Source of the DNA: Blastocatellia bacterium
GTDB taxonomy: Bacteria; Acidobacteriota; Blastocatellia; RBC074
Assembly: GCA_038211695.1 (NCBI GenBank)
Contig: JBBQVH010000017.1
Coordinates: 1,081-65,080 of the forward strand
Length of the DNA stretch: 64,000 bases
Direction: 5' to 3'
Shown: positions 11,652 to 22,808 of the stretch, one piece after another
Layout: every line of letters starts with the position of its first letter
Position numbering within the stretch: the first letter of the stretch is position 1
Position numbers and translations under genes: made by a program
Notes under the pieces: model-generated
Databases searched by the model: none
The model's input: only the letters and a program-made list of their open reading frames with translations
Told to the model about the DNA's origin: nothing

Positions 11652-13912
11652 TGCGCTGGCAACTTCACCAATCTGTTTTTGTTCCCGACGAACTACGCAG
11701 CCTCGTCGGCGGCCATCCGCTCGTCGCTGAACGGTTGGCTCGCGCGGGATTGATCGAACCGGCAGCGGCAAAAGCCTTTCTCGATCCCAATGCCTACCAA
11801 GCGACTTCGCCATTTGAACTGCCCGATACAGCCATCGCCGTCGAACGGCTTCACCGTGCCATCAAACTTGGCGAATTGATTCTGATCTGGGGCGATTTCG
11901 ATGTGGACGGCCAGACGGCGACGACGCTGCTGTTCACGGCGCTGCGCGGGATTGGCGCAAACGTCGCGTATCACGTGCCGCTGCGCGATGGCGAAGGCCA
12001 CGGAATGCACCTGCCGAAGCTGCACGAATGGCTCGCCACTGGGGTGCGAGTGATCGTCACCTGCGACACCGGCATCACTTCGCACGAAGCGGTGGACGTT
12101 GCCCAAGCCGCAGGCGTTGATGTGCTGATCACAGATCATCACCTGCTGGGCGACTCGCTGCCCAATGCGGCGGCAGTTATCAATCCTATGCGGTTGCCGC
12201 CGGAACACGCCCTGCGCGAATTGCCGGGCGTTGGTGTGGCTTATGAGCTAATCCATGCGCTGACAGATGGACGCAACTGCGATGAACTCTTGGATCTGGT
12301 GGCGTTGGGAATCGTCGCGGATGTCGCCGAACAAAAGAAAGAAACACGCTACCTGCTGCAACGCGGTATTGCTCTCGCGCGGCTGTCCACGCGCCCCGGC
12401 TTGCGTGCGCTTTTGGAGATGGCAAAGATCAATCCGCTGGAATTGGATGAAAGCGACATCGCCTTCGGACTGGGGCCGCGATTGAACGCGCAAGGCCGGT
12501 TGGGCAATGCCGCCGACAGCGTCGAATTGCTGTCAACGCCGGACGCCGCGCGCGCCGCTGAACTGGCCAGCCAACTGGAAGGTATGAACGCGCGGCGCAA
12601 ACTGGAATCCCGCTTTGTCGAAGACAGCGCCGAAAGTTTGCTGGAACGCGATCCGTCGCTGCTGGAATACGCCGCCATCGTCCTGGCTCACCCCGAATGG
12701 AGCGGCGGTGTGGTCGGCATCGTCGCCAATCGGCTGGCCGACAAATATCACAAACCGGTCGCACTGCTTTGCGAACAAGATGACATCGCCTTCGGTTCGG
12801 CGCGCTCCGTGCCCGGTTGCAACATCACCGATGCACTACGGGCCTGCCGCGCGAAGCTGCTGAAATTCGGCGGTCACGCAATGGCTGCGGGGATGACGCT
12901 GCGCCGCGAAGACATTTATGATTTTCGCCGTCTGCTGTCGCGCGCCGTGCGCGAACTTGCCGCTGTATCCGGCGCGGAGCCTGAACTGGAAATTGACGGC
13001 TTTCTGCGGCTGGACGAAATCACGCACGAACTCGCCGAAGATTTGCGGCGGCTGGCTCCCTTCGGCAACGGCAATCCGCCGCTGGCGCTGGCTTCGTCCG
13101 ATTTGCGGCTGGTGCGGAAAAAGAAGCTTGGCCGTAAAGGCGATCATCTGGAAATGGTGGTTGAAGACGCGGCGGGCGCTCAGCGGCGCGTGCTGTGGTG
13201 GAATGCGGACGATAGCCTATTGCCCAAAGGCCGATTCGACCTTGCGTATAATTTGCGCGTCAACCGATTCAAAGACCGCGCCGACCTAGTGCTGGAACTG
13301 ATTGACCTGCAAGCGCGCGAAAACGATGCGGTTGAAGTACAGCTAGAAGAGCCGAGCTATGAGATCGAAGACTACCGCAACGAACCGGACAACCGAGAGA
13401 AGCTGGCGGAACTTATAACGCTCTATCCCGACGCGCTTATCTGGCGCGAAGACGCCGACGCCGTCAACGGATGCAATCGGACAGAATTGAAGGCGGCGGA
13501 GACGCTGATCGTCTGGACAACTCCGCCCGGCCCCGCGGAATGGAATGCCGCGCTGGAAACCGTGAAGCCGCGCAGGATCATCACCTTCTGCCTGCAACCA
13601 GCGATTCAAACCATCGAACCTTTTCTACAACGGCTGGGCGGATTGCTGAAACACGTCATCAATGCCAAAAGCGGAGAGACGACGCTAACCGCGCTGGCCG
13701 CAGCCACTGCACAACGAACTGACGCCGTGCGCTACGGCCTGAACTGGTTCAATCAAGCTGGCCAACTGAGATCAGAGGTGCGGCCAGACGGCAGCGTAAT
13801 TGTTGTCCGTGGGCAAATGCCGCAAGACCAGGTTGATCAGGCATCGCTCGAAAAATTGTTGAAAAGCGTGCTTGCCGAAACGATTGCTTATCGGAAAAAC
13901 TGGACAGCATAG
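11651..13912 (+). CDS. recJ: Single-stranded-DNA exonuclease RecJ with long C-terminal extension
   Basis: [41 protein letters not shown] and LAPFGNGNP; ATG overlaps the upstream TGA. Confidence 0.92.
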   Translation: MRWQLHQSVFVPDELRSLVGGHPLVAERLARAGLIEPAAAKAFLDPNAYQATSPFELPDTAIAVERLHRAIKLGELILIWGDFDVDGQTATTLLFTALRGIGANVAYHVPLRDGEGHGMHLPKLHEWLATGVRVIVTCDTGITSHEAVDVAQAAGVDVLITDHHLLGDSLPNAAAVINPMRLPPEHALRELPGVGVAYELIHALTDGRNCDELLDLVALGIVADVAEQKKETRYLLQRGIALARLSTRPGLRALLEMAKINPLELDESDIAFGLGPRLNAQGRLGNAADSVELLSTPDAARAAELASQLEGMNARRKLESRFVEDSAESLLERDPSLLEYAAIVLAHPEWSGGVVGIVANRLADKYHKPVALLCEQDDIAFGSARSVPGCNITDALRACRAKLLKFGGHAMAAGMTLRREDIYDFRRLLSRAVRELAAVSGAEPELEIDGFLRLDEITHELAEDLRRLAPFGNGNPPLALASSDLRLVRKKKLGRKGDHLEMVVEDAAGAQRRVLWWNADDSLLPKGRFDLAYNLRVNRFKDRADLVLELIDLQARENDAVEVQLEEPSYEIEDYRNEPDNREKLAELITLYPDALIWREDADAVNGCNRTELKAAETLIVWTTPPGPAEWNAALETVKPRRIITFCLQPAIQTIEPFLQRLGGLLKHVINAKSGETTLTALAAATAQRTDAVRYGLNWFNQAGQLRSEVRPDGSVIVVRGQMPQDQVDQASLEKLLKSVLAETIAYRKNWTA

Positions 13913-13934
13913 AAATCAATCACGACAGGAGCGT

Positions 13935-15035
13935 ATGACGACTTTGCAGATCAAACCAAAAGAACAATGCAGATGGGATTTGGTAGCCCTGGGCGAAGTG
14001 ATGCTGCGCCTGGATCCAGGCGACGGTCGCATCCACACCACGCGCAACTTTCAAGTCTGGGAAGGCGGTGGCGAGTACAACGTCGCGCGCGGGTTGAAGC
14101 GCTGCTTCGGGTTAAGCACGGCGGTGGTCACGGCCTTTGCCGATAACCCAATCGGACGATTAGCACAGGATTTGATCTATCAAGGCGGCGTGGATCAGTC
14201 GCACGTCAAATGGGTCAAATACGACGGCGTAGGCCGCCAGGTGCGCAACGGTTTGAACTTCACCGAACGCGGTTTCGGCGCGCGCGGTGCGGTTGGTTGT
14301 TCCGATCGCGGGCACACCGCAGCGTCACAATTGAAGCCCGGCGACATTGATTGGGAAACGATCTTTGGGAAAGAAGGTGCGCGATGGTTTCATTGTGGCG
14401 GCATCTTCTGTGCGCTGTCTGAAACCACGCCGCCGGTCGCGCAAGAAGCGATGGAAGCCGCGAAGAAATACGGCACGATCATTAGCTACGACTTGAACTA
14501 CCGCGAATCCCTGTGGAAAGGCATCGGCGGCCACGAAAAGGCGCGCGAAGTGAATCGCTCGCTCGCTTCGCTGGTGGACGTGATGATCGGCAACGAAGAA
14601 GACTTCACCGCCGCGCTTGGCTTTGAAGTGGAGGGTGTGGATGAACACCTGTCAGACCTTGATCCGGCCAACTTCAAAAAAATGATCGGCAGCGCCGTTG
14701 CCGAATTCCAAAACTTCAAAGTCGTCGCGACGACCTTGCGCAACGCGAAGACGGGGACGATCAACGATTGGGGCGCGATCTGTTACGCCGATGGAGAGTT
14801 CTATTCCGCCACCTTGCGCGAAGACCTGGAGATATTTGATCGCGTCGGCGGCGGCGATTCGTTTGCGTCGGGATTGATCTACGGCTTTCTGACTGGCAGA
14901 GGCGCGCAAGCCGCCGTCGAATACGGCGCAGCCCACGGCGCACTGGCGATGACCACGCCGGGGGACACTTCAATGGTCACCTTGAGCGAAGTCGAAAAGG
15001 TCATGAAAGGCGGCGGCGCGCGCGTGGCGCGGTAA
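13935..15035 (+). CDS. kdgK: 2-keto-3-deoxygluconate kinase (PfkB family)
   Basis: GEVMLRLDP, GGGEYNVA, YDLNYR and DRVGGGDSFASG; AGGAG RBS before ATG 13935. Confidence 0.9.
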   Translation: MTTLQIKPKEQCRWDLVALGEVMLRLDPGDGRIHTTRNFQVWEGGGEYNVARGLKRCFGLSTAVVTAFADNPIGRLAQDLIYQGGVDQSHVKWVKYDGVGRQVRNGLNFTERGFGARGAVGCSDRGHTAASQLKPGDIDWETIFGKEGARWFHCGGIFCALSETTPPVAQEAMEAAKKYGTIISYDLNYRESLWKGIGGHEKAREVNRSLASLVDVMIGNEEDFTAALGFEVEGVDEHLSDLDPANFKKMIGSAVAEFQNFKVVATTLRNAKTGTINDWGAICYADGEFYSATLREDLEIFDRVGGGDSFASGLIYGFLTGRGAQAAVEYGAAHGALAMTTPGDTSMVTLSEVEKVMKGGGARVAR

Positions 15036-15117
15036 ATAAAGTGGCGGCATACTGGCAGCGCTAGCCGAGTTAAGGAAGATATAAGGCCCAGGAAACATCT
15101 TTTTGTGACAAATAGTG

Positions 15118-15162
15118 AAAGCCCTGAATGATCGCAGCAAGAGCGTCGTTCAGGGCTTTTTG
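15118..15162. terminator. Probable bidirectional intrinsic terminator
   Basis: AAAGCCCTGAATGA...TCGTTCAGGGCTTTTT between convergent genes. Confidence 0.7.
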
Positions 15163-15185
15163 CAAGGCTTCCGTTTTTTAGTTTT

Positions 15186-15551
15186 TTATTCTTCTTCGTC
15201 CAGCAAGCCTTTTTCCGCCAGTTCCTGGCAGGCGATGCAATACCGAACCCACGGCAAAGCTTCCAGACGTTTGGTGCCGATCTCGTTGCCGCAATTGGTA
15301 CAAACGCCAAACTCCTCGTCTTCAATGCGTTCGAGCGCCTCTTCGATTTGCCCCAGAATCAGCCGGTCGTTGGTGGACTGGCTGAAGAGCAGTTCTTTGG
15401 TGTAGGAATTCGAGGCCTTATCGGCGGGGTCTTGCGTGGCTTCTGTGTCGGCCTCGCGCCCGTAATCTTCGTTCCGGTTCACTACGCCCGAAAGCGCGTT
15501 GCGTTCAGCGATCAAGCGATCTTGGTAACCTTTAAGCTTCTTTTTATCCAT
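15186..15551 (-). CDS. DksA/TraR C4-type zinc-finger protein
   Basis: DPADKAS coiled-coil tip, CTNC...RLEALPW...CIAC. Confidence 0.9.
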   Translation of the reverse strand: MDKKKLKGYQDRLIAERNALSGVVNRNEDYGREADTEATQDPADKASNSYTKELLFSQSTNDRLILGQIEEALERIEDEEFGVCTNCGNEIGTKRLEALPWVRYCIACQELAEKGLLDEEE

Positions 15552-15604
15552 CCATTCTTCTCCTAAACTGAAAAATCGGTGGCGTTGAAGTCGGGGATTA
15601 GACT

Positions 15605-16081
15605 TCAGAATTTGTGATATGGCAAGCCAGCCAACAATGTAAAAGCGCGATAAACCTGCTCCGCTAAGAGAACCCGTGCCAATTCGTGCGTCAGCGTCAT
15701 CCGCGACAGGGCTAACTGGAAATTTGCCCGTTGTTTCACTTCGTCGCTGACGCCGGCAAATCCACCAATCACAAATGCCAGATGTTTAATTCCAGCCTGT
15801 TGTTTGGCGCCGATAAATTCGGCCAACTCGGGCGAAGTCATCTCACGGCCCTCTTCGTCCAACAGAACAACGAAATCATCTTTTGCAATGGCATCCAGCA
15901 GCTTCGAGCTTTCCGCTGCGATGACACGCTTTTCGTCACCGCTTCCGTGCCCTTTCGCTTGCTCTTTCAACTCACGCACTTCGTAACTGGCAAAGCGTTT
16001 AAGGCGGTCAAGGTATTCGGCGGTCAATGCGGCACAATGCCGGTCTTTGGTTTTGCCGATCCAGACGAAATTCAGCTTCAC
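15605..16081 (-). CDS. rlmH: 23S rRNA pseudouridine-1915 N3-methyltransferase
   Basis: [27 protein letters not shown]...PYH. Confidence 0.95.
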   Translation of the reverse strand: MKLNFVWIGKTKDRHCAALTAEYLDRLKRFASYEVRELKEQAKGHGSGDEKRVIAAESSKLLDAIAKDDFVVLLDEEGREMTSPELAEFIGAKQQAGIKHLAFVIGGFAGVSDEVKQRANFQLALSRMTLTHELARVLLAEQVYRAFTLLAGLPYHKF

Positions 16082-16497
16082 ACCTTAACCTGCTCGGCAT
16101 CACGCCACAGCCGCTCCAAGTCGTAAAACTTGCGCGATTCCTCTGTAAAGACGTGAACGACGAAAATTCCGTAATCAATCAAGATCCACTGCGCCGTGTT
16201 GTACCCTTCGGTTTGCAGCGGGCGGATTTTGACCTTCTTTAACTGCTCGGTAATTTCGTCGGCGATGGCCTGGGTCTGGCGTGTCGAACTGCCGGAGCAA
16301 ATCACAAAGTAATCGGTAAACTCCGTGATTGCCGACAGGCGCAGCACCAACAGATCAAGGGCCTTTTTCTCTTCTGCAAAATGCGCCGCCAGTTTCACCT
16401 GCTCAAAGACCTCCTGGTCTTCCGGTGACAACACTTTCACAACACGTTCTGCTTTTTCTTCGACAACAGTTTTTTCTTCAATAACAGCTTCTGGCAT
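16078..16497 (-). CDS. rsfS: Ribosome silencing factor
   Basis: [30 protein letters not shown]. Confidence 0.95.
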   Translation of the reverse strand: MPEAVIEEKTVVEEKAERVVKVLSPEDQEVFEQVKLAAHFAEEKKALDLLVLRLSAITEFTDYFVICSGSSTRQTQAIADEITEQLKKVKIRPLQTEGYNTAQWILIDYGIFVVHVFTEESRKFYDLERLWRDAEQVKV

Positions 16498-17198
16498 TAT
16501 GGTTTTTGATAGAGCTTATACTTTTCAATGTAGGCGGCAACGGGCGGCGGAACCCAATTCACAACGCTCTTGCCTTGTTGGGCAACTTCGCGCACGTCTG
16601 TCGCCGAAACACCTACTTCAACATAGTCGGTAAGGTAAATGTGGGGCGAGGCAAAATCATCTTCCGATGGCAACCGCCCTCCGCTCAAATCCACAAGGTT
16701 TGCTTGTAACTGTGGCGACAAATGGGCGGCAATGCCCACACCAGCTTGATCGCCGCCTTGATCTCCAATTTGATGACCGGGCCGCGTCGCAACGATGACG
16801 TCATATTCGGTCAGCAATCGCTGATGTTCGCGCCAGGTGGCCACATCGCGGAACGAATCCGCTCCCATAACAAAGAACAACTGCGCATCATCATAATCGG
16901 CTTTCAGCCGATCCAGTGTTTGCACCGTGAAAGGGCGTTCCGGCGCTTCCACTTCAACTGCCGAGACAAACATTTTGGGATCGCTCATTGTTGCGACGCT
17001 CAGCATCGCCAACCGATGGAACGGCGATGAAATCTGCTGCCCACGTTTATGCGGCGGAACGAAGGCAGGAACGAACAGCAGGCGATCCATTGCAAAGGAA
17101 TTCATAATCGCTTTGGCCACCTGCCAATGGCCGTCATGAATCGGGTCGAACGTCCCGCCGTAAATCGCAATGCGTTGACGCACTCTGACCTCGCTCAA
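16497..17198 (-). CDS. nadD: Nicotinate-nucleotide adenylyltransferase
   Basis: [26 protein letters not shown]. Confidence 0.95.
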   Translation of the reverse strand: MSEVRVRQRIAIYGGTFDPIHDGHWQVAKAIMNSFAMDRLLFVPAFVPPHKRGQQISSPFHRLAMLSVATMSDPKMFVSAVEVEAPERPFTVQTLDRLKADYDDAQLFFVMGADSFRDVATWREHQRLLTEYDVIVATRPGHQIGDQGGDQAGVGIAAHLSPQLQANLVDLSGGRLPSEDDFASPHIYLTDYVEVGVSATDVREVAQQGKSVVNWVPPPVAAYIEKYKLYQKP

Positions 17199-18241
17199 GC
17201 TTGGGCTGCCTGCGTTAAGGTGGCCTGTGCCTGCTCGTCTTCCTGTTTGATGACATCGAGCTTGCGCTCGACCGCCCGCAACAATTCTTTCAACCCTTTG
17301 CCCGAAGCAGCAGAGATTGCATAAAACTCCACTCCTTCACGCTCACAAAACTGTTGGAAGTCTTCCAGGCGACTTTCATCGTCCAGCGCGTCCAATTTGC
17401 TGGCGACGGCAATCTTCGGCTTGGAAGCAACCTCAGGGCTGTATGCTTCAAGTTCGTGCGTGATCGTTTGGTAATCAGCAATCGGGTCTTTCGCCATCCC
17501 GGAGACATCCACCAAATGCAGAAGCAGTTTGGTCCGCTCAATGTGGCGCAGAAAACGATCACCCAGCCCTGCGCCTGTGTGTGCCCCTTCAATCAAACCA
17601 GGAATATCCGCGACTACAAAGGTTTTGTAGTCGCCCAAATCAACGACGCCTAAATGCGGTTCAAGGGTGGTAAATGGGTAATCAGCAATCTTTGGGCGTG
17701 CAGCAGAGATGCGGGAGATCAGCGTAGACTTTCCGGCGTTCGGTAACCCAACCAAGCCAACATCGGCAATCAGCTTTAACTCTAAAACCAGCCATAGCTC
17801 TTCGCCTTCTTTCCCATCTTCGTGATAACGCGGAGCGCGATTGGTTGAGGTCGCAAACTGCGCATTGCCACGGCCACCGCGGCCTGCTGCCGCGACTAGC
17901 ACTCGCTGGCCTGCTGCGGTGAAATCGTGAATGACTTCGCCGGTTAATTCATTTGTCACCAAGGTGCCGACAGGAACCTTGATGACAACATCTTCAGCGT
18001 CCGCGCCGTGCCGTTTGCTTCCTTCACCATGCTTGCCACGGCCTGCGACGTGTTCCGGATTGTAGCGAAAGTGAAGCAGCGTATTCAGACCTTCAGTAGA
18101 TTCAAAGAAGATCGAACCGCCATCACCCCCATCACCGCCAGACGGGCCGCCACGCGGCACGAATTTCTCTCTGCGAAATGCCAGGATACCGTTGCCGCCG
18201 TTGCCGGCTCGCACGTGAATTCTCGCGCGGTCAATAAACAT
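17195..18241 (-). CDS. obgE: GTPase Obg
   Basis: Gly-rich Obg domain, [17 protein letters not shown]. Confidence 0.97.
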   Translation of the reverse strand: MFIDRARIHVRAGNGGNGILAFRREKFVPRGGPSGGDGGDGGSIFFESTEGLNTLLHFRYNPEHVAGRGKHGEGSKRHGADAEDVVIKVPVGTLVTNELTGEVIHDFTAAGQRVLVAAAGRGGRGNAQFATSTNRAPRYHEDGKEGEELWLVLELKLIADVGLVGLPNAGKSTLISRISAARPKIADYPFTTLEPHLGVVDLGDYKTFVVADIPGLIEGAHTGAGLGDRFLRHIERTKLLLHLVDVSGMAKDPIADYQTITHELEAYSPEVASKPKIAVASKLDALDDESRLEDFQQFCEREGVEFYAISAASGKGLKELLRAVERKLDVIKQEDEQAQATLTQAAQA

Positions 18242-18244
18242 TGC

Positions 18245-18318
18245 TGGTCGGTGGTTGGTGGGTCGTGGTCGGTGGTTGAGATGACCTCACTAGCTACCGA
18301 CCACGAACCACCTACCAC
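18245..18318. repeat. Inverted array of degenerate heptamers
   Basis: tggtcgg/tggttgg/tgggtcg/tggtcgg facing accgacc/acgaacc/acctacc. Confidence 0.6.
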
Positions 18319-18324
18319 GCATTA

Positions 18325-18582
18325 TTACTCCGATGGATAAACGCTGATAAACCGGCCTTGGCGGCCTTTGTCTTCGAATTTGACGACACCTGTGACGCAG
18401 GCGTACAGCGTATCATCGCTGCCAATGCCTACGTTGCTGCCTGGTTTGAAACGCGTTCCACGCTGACGAACCAGAATCGAGCCGCCGGAAACCAGTTGCC
18501 CGCCAAACCGTTTAACGCCCAGACGCTGCGAATTGGAATCGCGCCCGTTACGTGAACTGCCTACACCTTTTTTGTGTGCCAT
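18325..18582 (-). CDS. rpmA: 50S ribosomal protein L27
   Basis: [24 protein letters not shown]. Confidence 0.98.
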   Translation of the reverse strand: MAHKKGVGSSRNGRDSNSQRLGVKRFGGQLVSGGSILVRQRGTRFKPGSNVGIGSDDTLYACVTGVVKFEDKGRQGRFISVYPSE

Positions 18583-18614
18583 GACTCAAAACTCCTCATA
18601 AAAGCCGGTCGCGC

Positions 18615-18926
18615 CTAGACGACCGATTCGATCTTTACTTCGGTGAACCCCTGCCGATGCCCTTTTGTCTTCTTGAAGCCTTTGCGGCGTTTGAATTTGA
18701 AGACGATGATCTTGGGCGCGCGCCCCTGTTTAACAACGGTCCCGGTGACCGAAGCGCCATCCACGATCGGCGAACCGATGCGGACGCCATTGTCATCGCC
18801 CGCCGTTAACACGGCGAACTCAACCGCATCGCCGGCGTTCTTGTCAGCGATAGAGGGAAGCCGAACGACATCGCCCGGACTCACACGAAACTGTTTTCCG
18901 CCAGAGCGGATAATTGCGTATGCCAC
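18615..18926 (-). CDS. rplU: 50S ribosomal protein L21
   Basis: [18 protein letters not shown]. Confidence 0.97.
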   Translation of the reverse strand: MAYAIIRSGGKQFRVSPGDVVRLPSIADKNAGDAVEFAVLTAGDDNGVRIGSPIVDGASVTGTVVKQGRAPKIIVFKFKRRKGFKKTKGHRQGFTEVKIESVV

Positions 18927-18969
18927 TGTTGTATCTCCTATGAACTATTCGTCTGATAGAAAACGCGGG

Positions 18970-18998
18970 ATTATAGGTATCCACCTCTGAAAGTTCAA
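18970..18998 (-). promoter_or_regulatory. Sigma70 promoter of the rplU operon
   Basis: TTGAAC-17 bp-TATAAT on the minus strand. Confidence 0.8.
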
Positions 18999-19146
18999 CC
19001 CTCTCGCCCGCGCTTGAAGAAACTATCCCAAGAAAAATGTTGTAGCAGGAATAAATATTGGCCATTTTGCGATAAACGAGATGTATAAAGATGTAAAGAA
19101 AGGGTCAGGATAGCAGTTAGAACAGCGAAACTACGGAAGAACCAGA

Positions 19147-19692
19147 TTGATCGAAGACAGCGCGCAAAACCAACTGCAAAGACTGCAAGCGTTCGAGACG
19201 GAAGCACTGGTTTTTACCAGTCAGCTTTACCGTGTCGCGCTTAGGCTGTGCCGTGATAAAGCGAAAGCAGAAGATCTGGTGCAGGAAACCTATCTACAGG
19301 CATGGCGATCATTTCACCGCTTTGAACAAGGGACAAATTTGAGAGCGTGGCTCTACAAAATCATGTTTAATGTTTATTACAGCGGTCAGCGGCGACAGAA
19401 GCTTCAGTTTGTAGGGACGGAGGAGATCATCGCCGAAACAATTGCTTACGATCCGCCGACACCACAGCAATTAACGGATGAAGAAGTTTTGGCCGCACTG
19501 GAACGATTACCAAAAGATTTTCAGATTCCAATTTTGTTAGCCGATGTCGAGGAGCTTTCCTACCGCGAAATTGCCGACGCGATGGAAATCCCGATGGGTA
19601 CTGTCATGTCAAGGCTACATCGAGGGCGCAAGCTTTTGCGAACCGAATTAACCGGATACGCACGCAACGCGGGTTACAGAATTTCGAAATAG
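19147..19692 (+). CDS. ECF sigma factor
   Basis: [25 protein letters not shown]...[11 protein letters not shown]; start uncertain (TTG). Confidence 0.92.
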   Translation: MIEDSAQNQLQRLQAFETEALVFTSQLYRVALRLCRDKAKAEDLVQETYLQAWRSFHRFEQGTNLRAWLYKIMFNVYYSGQRRQKLQFVGTEEIIAETIAYDPPTPQQLTDEEVLAALERLPKDFQIPILLADVEELSYREIADAMEIPMGTVMSRLHRGRKLLRTELTGYARNAGYRISK

Positions 19693-19769
19693 GAGGATGT
19701 CGAGGGAGAAGCTCGAAGCTGGAATGCGACGATGGAAACAATTGCAGGAAAATTATCGTGGAGGTACTT

Positions 19770-20765
19770 ATGCAAAAGATGGATTGCCACAATTTCAAAG
19801 AGATGCTTGATTCGTACTTCTGCGAAGAGCTAACGGTCGAAACAAATCATTCGATTCTTCACCACGCTGAGCGCTGCCCCTCCTGCCGCAATGAGATGGC
19901 TTCACGCCGAAACCTGCGACTGGCATTGCAACGCGCTTGCGCACAAGATCAGATGAGTGACGATGCGTGTGAACGATTGCGGGCGATGCTGCGCGCCGAG
20001 GCGGCGAAAGTAAGTGAGGTGAGAAGCCTGCGCAGATGGTGGGCGGATTTTTTTGACCTGAAGCTTGCTCTGCCAATAATGGCCGGGGCAGCAGCGTTGC
20101 TTGTGGCTGTCATTGGCCTGGCGACTTACAGACAATTGCCCATCTCACATAATCCGGCTGAAGCTCCTGCCGCAGAAAAGCTTGCCGCGTTGCATTTAAG
20201 CGATGCATTAATGACAGAAGCAGCAAGCAGTCATCGAACTTGCGCTTTCCATGTCGAACCTGACAGCACATCTCAGGGAATGAGTAATGACGAGGTCAAA
20301 GATTTTGATCCTGAGTGTGTAGACTTGGACAAGATTGTGGCGGAGGGGGCACAAGGTTTGCCGTTATGTCTGGCTCATGTTTGCGGTAGCTCGGACAGGC
20401 GATTTGCGCATTTGATTTACCGTCGCGAAGGGCAGTTAGTCTCTCTGCTGGTAACCCGGCGCGATGGGCGCGCGATGCAAACAGGATCAGTGCCAACATT
20501 TATTGACGGGCTGGCAGACGTACAAGAATCGAAGCAAACTGAATTGAACCTGGATGCGTATCAAACGGAGAAGCGGGTGATTTTGGTTGTTTCGGCAATG
20601 CCGAAATTTGAAAATGAAAAGCTTGCGCGATCTTTGGCAACACCCGTGGTAAGGCATTTACGTCGTGTTGAGAGTCAAACAGCTTTGTTGGAATGGCCGG
20701 ATTTTAGCCGGGATTTGATCGGGATTGAACTGATGACAAACGTGAGAGGAGGAAAACTACGATGA
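19770..20765 (+). CDS. Zinc-binding (zf-HC2/ZAS) membrane anti-sigma factor
   Basis: GGAGG RBS; HAERCPSC (HxxxCxxC); one TM helix; Cys/His-rich outer domain; directly after the ECF sigma. Confidence 0.8.
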   Translation: MQKMDCHNFKEMLDSYFCEELTVETNHSILHHAERCPSCRNEMASRRNLRLALQRACAQDQMSDDACERLRAMLRAEAAKVSEVRSLRRWWADFFDLKLALPIMAGAAALLVAVIGLATYRQLPISHNPAEAPAAEKLAALHLSDALMTEAASSHRTCAFHVEPDSTSQGMSNDEVKDFDPECVDLDKIVAEGAQGLPLCLAHVCGSSDRRFAHLIYRREGQLVSLLVTRRDGRAMQTGSVPTFIDGLADVQESKQTELNLDAYQTEKRVILVVSAMPKFENEKLARSLATPVVRHLRRVESQTALLEWPDFSRDLIGIELMTNVRGGKLR

Positions 20766-21475
20766 TGGCAACAAATTTTGCAACGAATTTGATTTCGGCA
20801 GAACAGGCCTGGCAAACCAGTTTCCCTGACCTGCTCAATCTGCCCTACATTGAGAAAACTTTCTGGCGAGGAATGACGATTTATTCGCTGGAAGATACAG
20901 CTTCGCACGTTTACGTGGTGCTGAAAGGGCGCGTGAAAATTTTGCGGACTTCGGCGGAAGGCCAGCAAAAGATTCTTTCGATCCGGTATCGCGGCGAACT
21001 CTTCGGCGAACTGGCACTGGCCGGAAAGGCTGTCGAAACCCGGCGCAGCGATGAGGCGGTGGCACTGGATACCACAAGAGTGGCGGTCATTCGCGTAGCC
21101 GACTTCTGGAATGCTGCTCGGCGCGATCCTGTGTTAATGCAAAATGCTTTTCAATATGTAACGCATCAATTGGCCGAAGCACACCGGCAAATCGAATCAT
21201 TGGTCTTCGACCACAATCATCGCAGGCTGGCTCGTGCACTGATGGAGTTGGCGGGTGAGGCTGAACGCGCCGGAGAGTTGAGCGTGAAGCTGACGCACGA
21301 AGAGTTGGCCGAGTTGATCGGATCAACGCGTGAAGTTGTCACCGGAATGATGATCGAATTCCGCAATCATGGCTTGATTGAATACAAACGCGGCGACATC
21401 CGACCAAACATGAACCGTCTGATGCAATTTTTGAATGAAGAAGAGGGCATCATCAAACCTAGAGCGATTGCCTGA
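20762..21475 (+). CDS. Crp/Fnr-family regulator
   Basis: cNMP domain ([15 protein letters not shown]) and [20 protein letters not shown]; ATGA overlap with the anti-sigma. Confidence 0.92.
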   Translation: MMATNFATNLISAEQAWQTSFPDLLNLPYIEKTFWRGMTIYSLEDTASHVYVVLKGRVKILRTSAEGQQKILSIRYRGELFGELALAGKAVETRRSDEAVALDTTRVAVIRVADFWNAARRDPVLMQNAFQYVTHQLAEAHRQIESLVFDHNHRRLARALMELAGEAERAGELSVKLTHEELAELIGSTREVVTGMMIEFRNHGLIEYKRGDIRPNMNRLMQFLNEEEGIIKPRAIA

Positions 21476-21499
21476 ACCCGGGCAATTGCTATTTTCTTC

Positions 21500-21540
21500 A
21501 AGCCCCCTGCAGGTTCGCGTTATGACGCAGGGGGCTTTCG
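21500..21540 (+). terminator. Hairpin after crp-like gene
   Basis: AAGCCCCCTGC...GCAGGGGGCTTT. Confidence 0.55.
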
Positions 21541-21887
21541 ATGCAACTTTCAAACATCACCGATACCTGTCAAAAAATAACTACCGGCCATTGCTCTTCA
21601 GCCAGAACAGAGGCCTTCTTCGGTTATCTAGTTGAAAAGCCTGACCTGAAATGATCACCTGCTAGCGCACATAGATGATTGTGTGTAGAATGGCGCACTG
21701 TTTTGGGAACCTTCGCGGCGAAAATACTAGTTGCCCGTGAAGGTTATTTAGTCTTCGATTCCCACATTCGGTTTAAGGCAATTGTGATTACAGGCACGGC
21801 TGAACTGCTGACGAGGCAAAGCAATCGAAGACCTATCCGACTAAATATGATCCTAAAGTTTTCGCTCAAGCGGAGGCGAATGCAGAT

Positions 21888-22721
21888 ATGATCCGATGTT
21901 ATCACTGCGGCACTGACAATCTGGACGGCTCAGAATACTGTGATGAGTGTGGAACCAAGCTGAACGCGGCCAGTTCCGCGCGGTCTGCTTACGCGCCGCC
22001 GCAATCCTTCTCATCACCGGCTCCGTCAGAAATGGCGTCGCCAATCGCCACGTCGGCTGCTCAAGCTCCGATGCCGCCGCCGCCGCCCGCGTTCACACGC
22101 GACACGATTACGCCCAAACCGGCGACACCTTACACGCCGCCGCCGCCACCTGTCTTCCAGGCCGCTCCGCGAATTCCGCCTGTTGCACCGCAAGCGGCCC
22201 CATCAGCGATGCCGCCTGTGTCTTCAGCGGGCAGCCAGATGCCGCCCGTTGTGACGACGGTGGAACCGGCGAATCAGACGGCGAGCTTCAATGGCCAGAC
22301 CGGCGGCTTGCGCAGCAATCCTTTCAATCCCGAAAGTGGACAACAACCTTCTATGAATACTCCAAATCTATCGCCTCCCGAAGCGCCGGCGGTGCGCGCC
22401 AAGCTGACCATTCAGCGCGGAGGCAAAGTCGGCAAGGAGTTTTCCATCATTTCGATAGAAGCAATGATTGGCCGTTGGGACGCCGATGGCGGCATCTTCC
22501 CCGACGTGGACCTGGATCAGGACGATCCGGAAGCGAAGGTTTCCCGCCGCCATGCGCGGATTCAGTTCCTGAACAATCAATACCTGATTGAAGATTTAGG
22601 CAGCACCAATGGCACGTTCGTCAACCGAGGCCCGCGCCTGCTGCCCGGCATCAAACAACCGCTCAACAACGGCGATGAGATCATTGTCGGAAAAACCTTT
22701 TTGAAGTTCATCCTGAGTTAG
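21888..22721 (+). CDS. Zinc ribbon - Pro-rich linker - FHA domain protein
   Basis: CYHC...CDEC; IGR, VSRRHARI, DLGSTNGTFVN. Confidence 0.9.
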   Translation: MIRCYHCGTDNLDGSEYCDECGTKLNAASSARSAYAPPQSFSSPAPSEMASPIATSAAQAPMPPPPPAFTRDTITPKPATPYTPPPPPVFQAAPRIPPVAPQAAPSAMPPVSSAGSQMPPVVTTVEPANQTASFNGQTGGLRSNPFNPESGQQPSMNTPNLSPPEAPAVRAKLTIQRGGKVGKEFSIISIEAMIGRWDADGGIFPDVDLDQDDPEAKVSRRHARIQFLNNQYLIEDLGSTNGTFVNRGPRLLPGIKQPLNNGDEIIVGKTFLKFILS

Positions 22722-22723
22722 GC

Positions 22724-22803
22724 AAATGACAAGTGATGTGATGCGGAACCCGGAAACACTCCTGAATTGCTTGTCATTTGTTATTCGTCATTTATCACCA
22801 TTT
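22724..22803. repeat. Degenerate heptamer inverted array
   Basis: caaatgacaag facing cttgtcatttg, then ttattcg/tcattta units. Confidence 0.45.
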
Positions 22804-22808
22804 GAGCT

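Noticed and set aside
21783-21798. Crp box TGTGA-N6-GCACG upstream of the FHA gene
   Set aside because: Second half-site matches only 3/5 and the regulator's specificity is unknown
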